Shown: piece by piece, positions 13,154-26,030 of the stretch
How positions within the stretch are numbered: position 1 is the stretch's first letter
Layout: each line of letters starts with the position of its first letter
NCBI RefSeq assembly: GCF_963921235.1
Contig: NC_086109.1
Location: 31,436,001 to 31,500,000 of the forward strand
DNA length: 64,000 nt
Direction of reading: 5' to 3'
Origin: Mobula hypostoma
Lineage: Eukaryota
Notes under the pieces: generated by a model
Seen by the model: the letters and a program-made list of their open reading frames with translations, nothing else
Databases searched by the model: none
Told to the model about the DNA's origin: nothing
Program-made: the position numbers and the translations under genes

Positions 13154-13189
13154 AGTCGACGTTTCAGGCCGAGACCCTTCGTCAGGACT
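13154..13189 (-). ncRNA. Minimal type I hammerhead ribozyme in the inverted pLTR
   Basis: Minus strand reads AGTC-CTGACGA-AGGgtctcggCCT-GAAA-CG-TC-GACT: intact core, stems I and II, palindromic stem III. Confidence 0.85.
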
Positions 13190-14794
13190 AACTGAAGGAA
13201 GAGTGAGTAAGGGATTTGAAAGTTGGAGGGGGAGGGGGAGATCCAAAATGATAGGAGAAGACAGGAGGGGGAGGGATAGAGCCAAGAGCTGGACAGGTGA
13301 TAGGCAAAAGGGGATACGAGAGGATCATGGGACAGAAGGTCCGGGAAGAAAGACAAGGGGGGGGGGACCCCAGAGGATGGGCAAGAGGTATTTTTGCAAG
13401 AGACAGGGTGAGAAGAGGAATAGTCCAGATAGCTGTGAGAGTCAGTAGGCTTATAGTAGACATCAGTGGATAAGCTGTCTCAAGAGACAGAGACAGAAAG
13501 ATCTAGAAAGGGGAGGGAGGTGTCGGAAATGGACCAGGTAAACTTGAGGGCAGGGTGAAAGTTGGAGGCAAAGTTAATAAAGTCAACGAGTTCTGCATGC
13601 GTGCAGGAAGCAGCTTGCTGTGAGAGTCAGTAGGCTTATAGTAGACTATTCCTCTTCTCACCCTGTCTCTTGCAAAAACGCCATCCCCTTCTCGCAATTC
13701 CTCCGTCTCCGCTGCATCTGCTCTCAGGATGAGGCTTTTCACTCTAGGACGAGGGAGATGTCTTCCTTTTTTAAAGAAAGGGGGCTTCCTTTCCTCCATT
13801 ATCAACTCTGCTCTTAAACGCATCTCCCCCATTTCACGTACATCTGCTCTCACACAATCCTCCCACCACCCCACTAGGAATAGGGTTCCCCTGGTCCTCA
13901 CCTACCACCCCACCAGCCTGCGGGTCCAACATATTATTCTCCGTAACTTCCGCCACCTCCAACGGGATCCCACCACTAAGCACATCTTTCCCTCCCCCAC
14001 TCTGTCTGCATTCCGCAGGGATCGCTCCCTACGCAACTCCCTTGTCCATTCGTCCCCCCCATCCCTCCCCAGTGATCTCCCTCCTGGCACTTATCCGTGT
14101 AAGCGGAACAAGTGCTACACATGCCCTTACACTTCCTCCCTTACTACCATTCAGGGCCCCAAACAGTCCTTCCAGGTGAGGCAACACTTCACCTGTGAGT
14201 CGACTGGGGTGATATACTGCGTCCGGTGCTCCCGATGTGGCCTTTTATATATTGGCGAGACCTGACGCAGACTGGGAGACCGCTTTGCTGAACATCTACG
14301 CTCTGTCCGCCAGAGAAAGCAGGATCTCCCAGTGGCCACACATATTAATTCCATATCCCATTCCCATTCTGACATGTCTATCCACGGCCTCCTCTACTGT
14401 AAAGATGAAGCCAGACTCAGGTTGGAGGAACAACACCTTATATTCCGTCTGGGTAGCCTCCAACCTGATGGCATGAACATCGACTTCTCTAACTTCCACT
14501 AAGGCCCCACCTCCCCCTCGTACCCCATCTGTTACTTATTTTTATGCATACATTCTTTCTCTCACTCTCCTTTTTCTCCCTCTGTCCCTCTGAATATACC
14601 TCTTGCCATCCTCTGGGTCCCCCCCCACCATCTTTCTTCCTGGACCTCCTGTCCCATGATCCTCTCATATCCCCTTTTGCCTATCACCTGTCCAGCTCTT
14701 GGCTCTATCCCTCCCCCTCCTGTCTTCTCCTATCATTTTGGATCTCCCCCTCCCCCTCCAACTTTCAAATCCCTTACTCACTCTTCCTTCAGTT

Positions 14795-14830
14795 AGTCCT
14801 GATGAAGGGTCTTGGCCTGAAACGTCGACT
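14795..14830 (+). ncRNA. Minimal type I hammerhead ribozyme in the 3' pLTR
   Basis: AGTC-CTGATGA-AGGgtcttggCCT-GAAA-CG-TC-GACT. Confidence 0.88.
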
Positions 14831-15439
14831 GCACCTCTTCCTACAGATGCTGCCTGGCCTGCTGCGTTCACCAGCAACTTTGATGTGTGTTGCTTGAATT
14901 TCCAGCATCTGCAGAATTCCTGTTGTTTTTATTCTCTAATAAAGTCTGCTAAGGAGGAGTATGTGTAAGGAGAAGAGTAGGAGCTCAGGAAAGCTTCCCT
15001 GAGCAAAACCAGAAGCTGCATCGTATCCCTTAGAAAAATGGTTTCCAAAACAGACAAGAAATTTCCCTGTAAAATATATGAACAAATTCAATTAAGGACT
15101 ACCAGAGAAGCCAAGCCAGTTCTCAAGGCAATCTACACGAATGTTGTGATCAACTGTGTCAAAAAAAACACTTGGACAGAGGAGGTTTAGAACAGAGACC
15201 TTGTTGGAAACAGTGTTGAGCCTAAGGTTGCTGACAATTTTAGTAAGAGCCATCTCCATGCTGCGATTTGCTCTAAAACATGACTGAAACTTTTCTAGAA
15301 TATAGTTCTCATTCAGAAAGTTGATGAGTTGGTTAAAAATGACTTTCTCAAGAATCGTACCGAGGAAGGGAAGATTTGATAAAGGTTTGTAGTTAACTAA
15401 TACCTTCCTATCAAGATTTGGCTTCGTAAATAGGAACTT

Positions 15440-17404
15440 CAAACACAAAATAATCTGCAGATGCTGTGATCAAAGCAACACCTTCAGTACACTGGATGAA
15501 CTCAGCAGGTCGGGCAGCACCAGTTAGAAACGATGAGTCGACGTTTCGGGCCAGAACCCTTTGTCAGGACTGAAGAATGAAAGATGGGAAGGATTTGAAG
15601 AATGCTTGTAGCTTCAGTTGAAAGATCAGTAATTTGAAAGACAAAGGGGTGGGGGCGGGGAAGCATTAACGTCATAGCCCTTGAAAACAATGGGTAGTAG
15701 AAGAGGGAGGTGGAGCCATGAGGGAGCTGGGGGATGGGAGGAGTGAAATAGGGATAGAGGAAAGGAGGGGGGAGGGAATTACTGGAAGTTGGAGAATTCT
15801 ATGTTCATACCAAGGGGCTGGGGACTACCTAGATGGTATATGAGGTGTTGCTCCTCCAACCTGAGTTTAGCCTCATCATGGCAGTAGAGGAGGCCATGTG
15901 TGGACTTATCTGAATGGGAATGGGAAGCAGAGTTGAAGTAGGTGGCTACCGGGAGATCCTGTCTGTTGTGGAGTGGAGTTGCTCGACAAAGTGGTCCCCC
16001 AATCTGTGTCGGGTTTCACCAATGTAGAGGAGGCCGCACTGGGAGCACCGGATGCAATAGATGACCCCAACAGACTCACAAGTGAAAAGTGTTGTCTCAC
16101 CTGGAAGGACTGTTTGGGGCCCTGAATGGTGGCAAGAGAGGAGGTGTAGGGACAAGTGTAGCACTTATGCTTACAGGGATAAATGCCGGGTGGGAGATCA
16201 GTGAGGATGGACGTGCGGATAAGGGAGTCGCGGAGGGACCGGTCCCTGTGGAAGGCGGAGAGGGGTGGAGAGGGAAAGATGTGCTTAGTGGTGCGGTCCT
16301 GTTGAAGGTAGCGGAAGTTGTGGAGGATAATGTGCTGGATCCAGAGGCTGGTGGGGTGGTAGGTAAGGACAAGAGGAACTCTGCCCCTGTTGTGGTTGCG
16401 GGAGGATGGGGTGAGGGCCGAAGTGCGGGAAATGGAGGAGATGCGGGTGAGGGCGTCATTGATGACGGTAGATGGGAAACCACGATCCTTAAAGAAAGAG
16501 GACATTTGAGATGTCCTGGAATGGAAAACCTCATCCTCGGAGCAGATGCGGTGGAGACGGAGGAACTGGGAATAGGGAATGGCATTTTTGCATGTGGGGG
16601 GGTGGGAAGAGGTATAGTCGAGGTAGTTATGAGAGTCAGTGGGCTTGTAGAAGATGTCAGTGGACAGTCTGTCTCCAGAGTTGGAGATTGAGACATTGAC
16701 AAAAGGGGAGAAAATTGTCCGAGATAAAGGAAGTGAATTTGAGGGCTGGGTGGAAGTTTGAAGAAAAGTCGATGAAATTGACAAGCTCAGCATGGGTCCA
16801 GGAAGCAGCACCAATGCAGTCATCAATGTACTGAAGGAAAAGTTGGGGAGAAGTACCAGAATAGTTTTGAAGCACGGACTGTTCCACATAACCAACGAAG
16901 AGGCAGGCGTAGCTGGGTCCCATGAGAGTTCCCATAGCTACACCCTTAGTCTGAAGAAAGTGGGAAGAGTCAAAAGAGAAGTTATTAAGTGTGAGAACCA
17001 GTTCCGCCAAGCGGAGGAGGGTAATGGTGGTGGGGAACTGGTGAGGTCTATTATCCAGGAAGTAGCGGAGGTCTATGAGGCCTTCTTGATGGGGAATGGA
17101 AGTGTATACGATTGGACATTCATAGTAAAAATGTAGCGGTTGGGACCGGGGAATTGGAAGTTATTGAAGAGGTGGAGGGCATGGGATGTATCCCTAGGTG
17201 GGGAGGGACTGAACTATGGGTGACAAAATGGAGTCCAGGTAGGCAGATACAAGTTCGGTGGGACAGGAGCAGGCAGAAGCTATGGGTCTACCGGGACAGT
17301 TAGGCTTGTGTATCTTTGGGAGGAGGTAAAACCGAGCAGTACGGGGTGTGGGAATAATGAGTTTAGCGGCTGAGGATGGAAGGTCTTTGGAGTTGGAGAC
17401 TTGG
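15440..17404 (-). mobile_element. Penelope-like element (second Neptune-like subfamily), 5'-truncated and frameshifted
   Basis: RT motifs QTKGVAMGT.MGPSYA and YIDD; GIY-YIG VIYCIRC..C..LYIGET; 11-bp TSD AATAGGAACTT at 15429-15439 and 17405-17415. Confidence 0.93.
15536..15571 (-). ncRNA. Hammerhead ribozyme with a core mutation (CUGACAA), probably inactive
   Basis: AGTC-CTGACAA-AGGGttctggCCC-GAAA-CG-TC-GACT. Confidence 0.7.
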
Positions 17405-17564
17405 AATAGGAACTTGACAGCAGCAAATTTGAAGGCATCTAGTAAAACTCCAGTTTCAAGGGATGTCCTAATAATTTTTCTAACAGAATTGAAAACACCG
17501 TTAAAAGAGTCCTTAAAACATTTGGTAGGGGCAAGCAAGTAGGTGGTTTACTCTTAGTTACTAT

Positions 17565-17880
17565 CTTATCTTTCCCAGGGCTGAAATGGCTGCCACAAGA
17601 GGGCACAGGTTTAAGGTGCTTGGGTGTAGGTACATAGGAGATGTCAGATGTAAGTTTTTTATGCAGTGAGTGGTGAGTGCGTGGAATGGGCTGCCGGCAA
17701 CGGTGGTGGAGGCGGTTACGCTAGGGACTTTTAAGAGACCTTTGGATAGGTACGTGGAGCTTAGAAAAATAGAGGGCTATGGGTAGCCCTAGTAATTTCT
17801 AAGGTAAGGACATGTTAGGCACAACTTTGTGGGCCGAAGGGCCTGTATTTTGATGTAGGTTTTCTATGTTTCTCTGTTTA
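17565..17880 (+). mobile_element. CR1 3' end
   Basis: AGAGGGCACAGGTTTAAGGTG...GGGCCGAAGGGCCTGT and a TTCTATGT-type tail. Confidence 0.85.
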
Positions 17881-18807
17881 TAGAATTCTGAATCAGAAAT
17901 ACTTCTATGTTTATTGACAAACATAAATAAAATGCAAAAACATTACAGAATTGAGAGAGTTATAAATCTTTGAGTTTGCCATTTGATTTCGCTGGAAGCA
18001 CTAAAAAGGTGGAAGCAATCAAGTGATCTACTGTAATGAGAATGTAAAGATCTCACATTGTCCGTGTGTTCTTATCCACTACTTGACAGAAATAGTCTAG
18101 CTGTGATACACCAATCTTTGGTAATCTGATTTGGCACTTCTGGAAAAGAAAACAGAGTTAAAAATATCCAATCCTAAAGCAGAGGGCAAGATTGCAAGAA
18201 TAGTGGAGTGTCTGATTCTACAATTATTACAGCTACAATAGACAGATTGTAATTAGTTGTAAAGGCAAATTGGCAGTTGTCATAAATGACAATGCCCAAT
18301 TAGAGCAGATAAGGTTCATCCAGATGATCTAGTAAAATGGTCAATGTACTTGAACCTCGAGCAAGAGATACATCATACTTCAGTACAAGATTGCCATAAA
18401 TTACATAAGAACAGCTGTGTCTTGAGTTGGTGAACAATTAGCCTCAGGCCAGACACTGGATCTATTAAAATATAAGGCCGAATAGTCTAAAAAATTAGAC
18501 TGCCTAAATTCACAGCATTCCCAGAATTCCTTGAGAATTTGCTGAGTGTCTTTGTATTTCTGAAGTTGATTTTTTTTTGACAGATAAAAAAAATGAGACA
18601 TAGTTTACTGTGACAAACAAAGGTAGAACAACTTTATACAAATCGTGTACATATAAGGAAGGCATGGGACATGACACCTCAGTCACCTGAAAGTCACAGC
18701 CATCTGCAGCTACAGATCAAGGGACCACTTGGTAGCTCCGTGGGCATCCTGAAACTCCAGCATACACTGACGAGCTCACATGGATACAGTACAATGAAGT
18801 ATAATAC

Positions 18808-19157
18808 TGTGACGCTCTGGGGAGTGTGAGGTCGACAGCCCGCCCCTGCATTTCTAATGACCGGTACTGTTTATTGTTCTTGTGTTAAAATGCTTTTGTG
18901 GGATTACGGTGGGAAGTTCCAGTTCATTTACTGTTACTTTTGAGCTTGGGTTATACAGTTATTCGCTTGTGTATTTGTGGGTCACCCTAACTGTAACCGG
19001 GGTGTGTGATGGTCACTTCACCTCCCCCGTCGTGTGAGACTGGTTGGGTTCACTCTCCAGGTCATGGTGCCCAGTCTGTTTTGTGTTTATCACAATAAAA
19101 CTGTTGTTGAGTTAACGAGCTTCCTCATCTGTCATTATGGACCAAATGCTGGCCACA
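18808..19157 (+). mobile_element. Probable solo LTR
   Basis: TGTG...CACA termini, AATAAA near 19095, flanks ATAC/ATAT (3 of 4 match), composition distinct from flanks. Confidence 0.6.
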
Positions 19158-19234
19158 ATATTTTGCTTTGCATGGGTATGTGGTCTGTGATTGGACAAAG
19201 AAACTGCACCATATTTAGAGGTTTAAAGTCTACT

Positions 19235-19461
19235 TGTATTTCTAAATTTGTGTAATCGTGGAATTCATTGCCACAGGCAGCTGGGAAGGCCAATATAATT
19301 AAAGCAGAGGTTCATAAGTTCTTGTGGAGGGGGCGGTCAATGAGAGAAGAAAAGAAAATGGCTTTGAGAGGGATAATAAATCAGCCATGATGGAATGGCA
19401 GCAGACTCGATGGGCTGAATAGCTGAATTCTGCTCCTATGTCTTTTGGTCTTATGGTCTTA
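19235..19461 (+). mobile_element. CR1 3' end
   Basis: CR1 3' UTR with TCTTATGG-type tail. Confidence 0.8.
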
Positions 19462-20679
19462 CAGTTGTTTAAGGAGCAGGATTGTGACTTACAAGTGAAC
19501 TATTGTCAGCCATAATCACTTTTACTCATGGAATTCTAATTTGCCCTGCTGATCACAGGGGTGAGGAAAGCTTAAGTTTAGTATTAAAATAGTCAGAGCC
19601 TTTTGTTTTCTGTAAGACATTATGGAGAATAAATCAACAGGGTCATTGTGTTATTGTATAGTTATCCTGATTTATCCTATTCATTAACCATGAGGTAATA
19701 GGGCAGAAATCTTTTAGTCTTGGTCAGGAACCGTTTTTATTTAATTGGAAAAAAGTACATTTCAGTCAGTTGTGGTTTAAAGCTGTCAAGAATCATTTTA
19801 TTTCTACAGTGGTCAGAGTAAGCTGGCAATCAATATTTTAAACCATTGGTAGGGGGAGGATTAAACTTAACTTCATCCACAGTGAGAACCTGAGAAGATT
19901 AGTTCCATTCTGCTCCATGAAGAGCAAAGCCAAGCAGGGTGTAAAAAAGACAGCAAATCTGATTCACTCTGCTTCCTACCAGGTGGGTTAGCAGAAAGAA
20001 TTGGGGCAGCAATTTTAAACACTGGGTTCAGCTTCCTAGTTTGACTCAATAGACCATGTGAATGGGCTTGGGCTCCACCAGTGTGAAAGGAGATTAGAAG
20101 AAGGTTTCCTCTTAATCAACCTGTATTAATATCTGATCAGACTGAATTCATGGCACTCATATCCTTTATTTTACATGCAACGTTTTTTGAGTGAGCAAAA
20201 CCAAAGTTTGCACCTTTGCTTCTCTTTCACGGTATGCACTCAGGAAAGAATTCTATCATTGAACCTTAACTCTGTTCTATATTTGCCCTATCAATTAAAG
20301 AATGGGATTGCTTATTGAGAGTCTCAGCTCTGTGCAATTGTTCATACATTTTAGTTGTTTTGTATCTCGAAGTTCATCTTTTCACTATAACTAATTGAAA
20401 ATATACCAGGCCAGGTCAGCTCCATTGTAGTGAATACCAATGTCTGCATGAAGTTTTGTTCACCTGTTATTTATTTGCTTTCATCATTAGCCATTCTTTG
20501 CAAGAGATAGGAAAGAAATCTAACATTAAATTGAAAACAACCAGAATGTTTTAATTTCGCACAGAATTTTACCTATTAAAGGACTGAAGCAAAGCTAATA
20601 ACAATTCTGGAAAATAATAATGTTATAAAAGTATGAATAATATATACATGAAAATAATAATATATAAAATACTAGGATA

Positions 20680-20940
20680 GTAGAAATCAAAAGCAAGCTC
20701 CTACAGATTCTGGTAATCTGAATCAAAATAGAAAACATTGGAAGTTCTCAGTAAGTCAGAAAGAATCTGTAAAAAGAAAAAACAGAGTTGATGTTGCAAG
20801 TTCACAAACTTTCACTAGAACTTGAAGGCACAAAAATAAAACAGGCTTAAGATACAGAGGAAAGGGCATGGGAGCGCAGATGGAAAGGCAGGGCTTGTAT
20901 TAGAATAAAGACCAGAAAAGATTAAATGACAAAAGTGAGG
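20680..20940 (-). mobile_element. Ancient PLE pLTR remnant
   Basis: CAGATTCTGG.AATCTGAA...CTCAGTAAGTCAG resembles the PLE 3' ends at 15445-15520; hammerhead decayed. Confidence 0.4.
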
Positions 20941-20964
20941 GACCCGGAAAAAAGAACATGTCAT

Positions 20965-21910
20965 CACAAAAGTGGCACGATGGCACCTCTACTTTCTTAG
21001 TAGTTTGTGTAGATTCGACGTATCACCAAAAACTTTGACAATCATTTACTGCTGCAGTGGCAAGCATCTTAACTGGTGGCATCATGGCCTGGAATGCCTA
21101 GGCAAGGAAAGGGCTACAGAAAGTTATGGATACACTCCAGTCCATCACAGGCAAAGCCCTCCCCACCATTGAGCACATTTCTATGGAGCACTGCTGCAAG
21201 CAAGTAGCATCCATCATCAACGACCCCCACCATTCAGGCCATGCCTCATTTTGTTATTATATTACACAGGAGGTACAGAAGCCTTAGGTTCCAAACAACC
21301 GTCTTCAGGAATAGTTTACAACCATGGGGCTTCGGAACCAGTGTGGATAACTTCATTCGGTAATACCCTGAGCTGACTCTACGAACAGCAGACTCATTTT
21401 CAAAGACTCTTTACCATTCATGCTTTCAGTTTTATAGTTATTTGCATAGTTTGCCATCTTTTGCACACTGGTTGTTTGTCAGTCATTGTCTGTTTATTTA
21501 TTTTATTTTATTTAGAGAAACAGCATGGAACAAGCTCTTCTGGACCAACAGGCTGCACTGCCCAGAAATCCACATAGTTGACCATAGCCTGAGTACAGGA
21601 CAATTTACAATGAGTACTTAACCTACTAACTGGTACATTGTTGGACTGTGGGAGGAAACTAGAGCCCGGAGGAAACCCACCTGATCATGGGATGAACATG
21701 CGAACTCCTTACACTCAGCACCGGAATTGAACTCCAAACTCTACCGCCCTGAGCTATAATAGCGCTGCACTAACTACGATTCTATTGCGGCATAGATTTT
21801 CAAAAAATGTTATTGGATTACCCTTTTTTTCAGTAAGTGCCTTCAAAAATGAATCTCAATGTGATATATGGTAACGTTATGCACACTTCGATAATAATTA
21901 CTTTGAATTT
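20965..21910 (+). mobile_element. Rex/Babar-like LINE 3' fragment interrupted by a SINE
   Basis: HLYFLSSLCRFDVSPKTLT motif; 3' end matches the reverse complement of 47585-47660. Confidence 0.7.
21500..21790 (-). mobile_element. V-SINE (HE1-like)
   Basis: GGACTGTGGGAGGAAACTAGAGCCCGGAGGAAACCCAC is the reverse complement of the V-domain core. Confidence 0.75.
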
Positions 21911-22299
21911 CAACTTGTTGTGAAGATATTAGTGAAATTAAAAGGTGGGAATGGAGGATTTTTGAGCAGGAGAAAAAGAATAAAGTCCCAAATAATCAGT
22001 AGAGGGAAGTACTGCTTGGAACTAAGATGTTTAATTGATTATTAAGAATGAAAGTAAGTAGCTTCCAGACAAAGATAGAGCTCTATTTTCCATCATTGTT
22101 GTCTCAGGTTGCCTGACCCACCTACACCCATCATTTTGATAGTCATGGAAGAGAAGCTGAAGTTTCTTTGCAGGAGTATTCTTGGCACAGCACAACCAGC
22201 AATTTTCAAGGCAGCTGAAGTGATATAATTGCTTCCTCCTTTACATTTATTTCTGCTTTCACATTCTGAGCTTCAGTCATTAACAGGCTCGGAGGAGTG

Positions 22300-22675
22300 A
22301 TCCATAAACAGTTGGAAGTCAATTGCAGTTACCGGAATGCTGTGTAGGGTTTGAGTCAGCAAACCCAGAAGTTGAGGCCTCGAGGTCAAGTTTCTGGGTC
22401 AGGGGGATCTGGATGTTAGAGGCCCAATATCTGTGAGTCTGCAAGTCAGGGCCAGGGGCGGGAGACTTAGGGCTGGAGGTGTCCTTTGCTGCTGTTGTTA
22501 TTGTTGCTTGTATTGTTCTGCTGATCATTGTGGGCATGCTATTTTGGTACCAGTATGTGTGGCAACACTTGCAGGCACATCCTTAGGTTTTGTTGGTTGT
22601 TAACGCAAACAACACGCTTCACAGTATGTTTCAATGTAAATGTGATAAATAAGTGATTCTAAATCTGAATCTCAG
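22300..22675 (+). mobile_element. Retroposon 3' end sharing its tail with the SINE at 57250-57570
   Basis: GTGGCAACACTTGC...TTCAATGTAAATGTGATAAATAA and a CTGAAT-type tail. Confidence 0.5.
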
Positions 22676-23199
22676 AATGGAAATCTAGCCCACTGTCAAA
22701 GAAAATATCCTGTCAGTTAAAGTAAGCATCAGCATTGTGCATGTGAAGAAATTAAGTACTGTTGTTGAAATATTATTACACTCTGTGGTTCAAAGAAGCC
22801 ATCAAATTAGAGATCAATGGGATTGTACAATATTGCAAGATAGAAACAGACCACAAATTCATTTGGAAGCGTTAAAAAGTTAATTGCAAGACTTTAATTG
22901 AAAACAAAAGTTTAGGGAACTCATCAGTGCGATTACATTTTTTAATTGAATAATTAGATGCTGCTACAATTCAATTTCATTGTTTTTTTAACATTCCTAA
23001 TGTGATTACAGATTTCATTTTTATTTCCCATGTGGCACATGTAAGATACTGATGGTACTGTGGATGATCTTCAGCTTTTCATTAGAGAGGGTTCATGGTC
23101 CATTTAGTAGTTAAATGCTGTGGAATTGGTGGCAATATTTAGCCCAATGCCTTTGGTTAGAAAAAAAAGAACATCAATTTGAGATGTAAAATTAACAAC

Positions 23200-23640
23200 T
23201 GACCTATCATTTACAGAAGAGTTCCAGAATTCTTCTGCTGTCTTACCATACTTCATTCCTAATAGACCAAGCACTAATTTTTAGAGCATGCTGCTAATCA
23301 TAATCTTCACAACCAGCAGAAGCAGCTTTTCTCTAACTACCCTATTATTCTTCTTAAGATCTTGAGAACTTCAATCAAACTATTCTAAATTATTCCAGAT
23401 CCTAAAGAATATTGCCATTGTCTCTCGAAGATGACCGTGTAATTTACTTCTTAGTTACTAGGGTTCATTCTCACTAATCTTTGTTGGACTTCCTACAGAG
23501 CAAGGGGTGTAGTGCTCAGAATATCTCATGATACTCCTAGTCTTGTCCAACCATAACCTTGCATAGCTGTATCATAATTTCTGTTCCCTTTACTTTAGCG
23601 CTCCAGTTAGAACTATCAATATTGTTAATATACTTGATTA
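23200..23640 (-). mobile_element. Very old CR1 remnant
   Basis: Weak similarity to the CR1 RT C-terminal region elsewhere in the window. Confidence 0.4.
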
Positions 23641-23830
23641 TTTTCTGGAACTGTGAATAAGCTATTGATGTGGTTCCCTTCTCCTTTTCAGTATTTAGTA
23701 TATATTGTACTTTTCTCTATCTGTTTTATATTTCAAATACATGACACCACATTTCTCTCCATTAAAATTCACAAATATTTCTTTGGCCCTTAACAATTTT
23801 ATCTGCAATATCTGTAGTGTTCTCATGCAG

Positions 23831-24457
23831 TGTGTTGAAACTCTGACTAAACACCAGGTTAAACTGGAGCCAATGAAGACAGAGTCGTAGTAAGGTCAAC
23901 CATTTACTGATCACTCTTCCACATTAACATCATATGGTGAAAACTGTTGCTAAAAAAAGACAAATATATATACAGCATCTGTTTCATTCTGGAGAGTGTC
24001 TCCAGCCGCCCCGAGTAGCGAGCGAGGAGGGTCCCATCAAACCACCGCTGGGCCCGAGCCCACCTCGTGTTTGAAATTGAAAAGCCGACACGCACGCCAC
24101 CCGAATCGCTGCTTCCTTAACAGAAACCACATTAATATTTTTACTTCAAATACTTTCATAGGAGCTTATGGCGTTGCTTCTATAATGTTTCTTTGTGGGT
24201 AGACACGGAACTCTTCACGATCATGCTGCACGCATGGCACCCACCTTCACACCTTCCCGAACCAGAGGTTACACATAAGACGCGGCGAAACCGGAGGTGA
24301 CGTCATCACATGCTGCAATATACCATAGACAATGAATTTACCTTTGTTATACTGTAAGTTAATTATCAGCCTTTAACTTTAACTAGAAAACAGTTACAAA
24401 CAAATCATTTAAAGCGTAGACCCAACAAAGTCAAATAAATTCCTTAAGGGCAACACA
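23831..24457 (-). mobile_element. Probable solo LTR, CpG-rich
   Basis: 7-bp terminal inverted repeat TGTGTTG/CAACACA; CRE palindrome TGACGTCA at 24298-24305; no clean TSD. Confidence 0.55.
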
Positions 24458-24909
24458 ATGTCTGCAAACCATCTTTTGCTATCCTGTTGCAAATCAGACA
24501 GCCCATAATTTTAGTGACTTATTGATATTGGAAATATATCCAGCCACAGCACAGATCATTGTGGGACTTTATTTGTCACATTCTGCTAAATGGTGTATTT
24601 ATTACATCAACATTTTGCCTCCTGAGTTCACTCAGTCTCATAGATCAATAATTTATCTTCAATTTCATTCACTTCAAATTTTACTCTCCGTCTTTTAAAA
24701 CGGGCTTAGTCAGATGTTTTCTGTATGTTTGTATAAATATCATTCATAAACTCTCCCTGAATATTGGTTGGCTCTTCAGAAAATTTAGTCAGGTTCATTG
24801 GGCGTGATTTACCCAATACAAATCCATGTTGGTACTCTCTGTTCAAGGTTTACTGTCATTTTTTAATTACAAGCTCTAACAACTTCCCAACAAATTCCAG
24901 CCACAAGTG

Positions 24910-25460
24910 CCATTGCAAAAAAGGGCATGACAGCACCTCTCCTTTTTTAGGAGTTTGCGAAGAAATGGCACGTCATCTAAACCTTTGACAGACTATAGAT
25001 GTGCAGTAGAGAGTATACTGACTGGTTGCACCATTGCCTGGTACAGAAATACCAATGCTTTTGACAGAAAGGCCTAGCAGAAAAGTAGTCGATACAGCCC
25101 AGTCCTTCACAGATAAAGCTCTCCGCACCATTGAGCACATCTGCAAGGAGCACCGCCACAAGAGAGCAGCATTTATCATCAATGACACCCACCATCCAGG
25201 CCATGCTCTCTTCTCACTGCTGTGTCAGGAAGGAAGTAAAGGAGACTTTGGTCCCACACCACCAGGTTCAAGAACAGTGATTACCCCTTAATCATTAGGT
25301 TGAACCAGGGTGGATAGCTTCACTCACCCCAACACTGAACTTATTCCACAACCTATGAACTCACTTTCAAGTACTTTACTACTCATGTTCTTAATATTTA
25401 TTCCTTATGTATTTATTATTATTGTTTTGATTTTTTCCTTTTTGTATTTGTCACCATTCA
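24910..25460 (+). mobile_element. Rex/Babar-like LINE 3' fragment
   Basis: YRCAVESILTGCT and IINDTHHPGHALFSLL motifs. Confidence 0.8.
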
Positions 25461-25824
25461 TATTTGCACTTTAATTTTATTTAAATCCTTCCCTATTTCC
25501 GTGATAGTTTTCTCAGGATGTTAGGAATGTTGCACACCTCCTCCATTGTAACCACTGTCATATAGTTATGTACAAAATTCCTAATACTTGTCTGAATTTG
25601 TCTGCAGTGGGAGATATTGTGGAATAAGTTGTACACTGTCTCTTGTGGACTTTACACACACTTTTAAAAGGTGACAATGGCCTGTCTGGACCTGTCTGTG
25701 GAGTGGGAGATTCCTTGGGTTAACAGTAATTGGGTTAATTACCAAGGGCCAATAAAAAGAAGTGGAGTTTGAGCAGACTGGCCATTTTCTGAGTGGAGTG
25801 AGTGGACAGTGTTGGAGTGGAATA

Positions 25825-26030
25825 CATTTCTGTGGACTGCTGTGGAAGCTAAGTCACTGAGTTCATTTAAAGTGGAGGTTGATAGATTCTTGGTTAGTCA
25901 GGGCACCAAAGATTATGGGAAGAAGGCAGGAGATTGGGTTGAGAGGGGTAATAAATCAGCCATGATAGAATGCTGGAGCAGTCTCAGTGGGCCAAGTAGC
26001 CTAATTCTGCTCTGATGTCACATAATCTTT
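25825..26030 (+). mobile_element. CR1 3' end
   Basis: AVEAKSLSSFKVEVDRFL and 3' UTR. Confidence 0.8.

Larger units (their letters stand above)
13095..14927 (+). mobile_element. Penelope-like element (Neptune-like) with an inverted pseudo-LTR
   Basis: YKPTDSH, SQFLRLR.ICS, Cys-rich linker and VIY...YIGET GIY-YIG motifs; 13093-13390 is the reverse complement of ~14595-14891; 15-bp TSD TTTATTCTCTAATAA at 13080-13094 and 14928-14942. Confidence 0.93.
12221..17560 (-). mobile_element. L2-clade LINE in three pieces (12221-13094, 14943-15439, 17416-~17560), split by two PLE insertions
   Basis: NYKPLSNLPFLGTILEK...FQSCFRANRS.E.AL...FDTVDHNI L2-type RT motifs; pieces rejoin across the PLE TSDs. Confidence 0.8.

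Noticed and set aside
16089..16702. 200-aa and 201-aa overlapping ORFs
   Set aside because: Antisense and alternative frames of the PLE coding region
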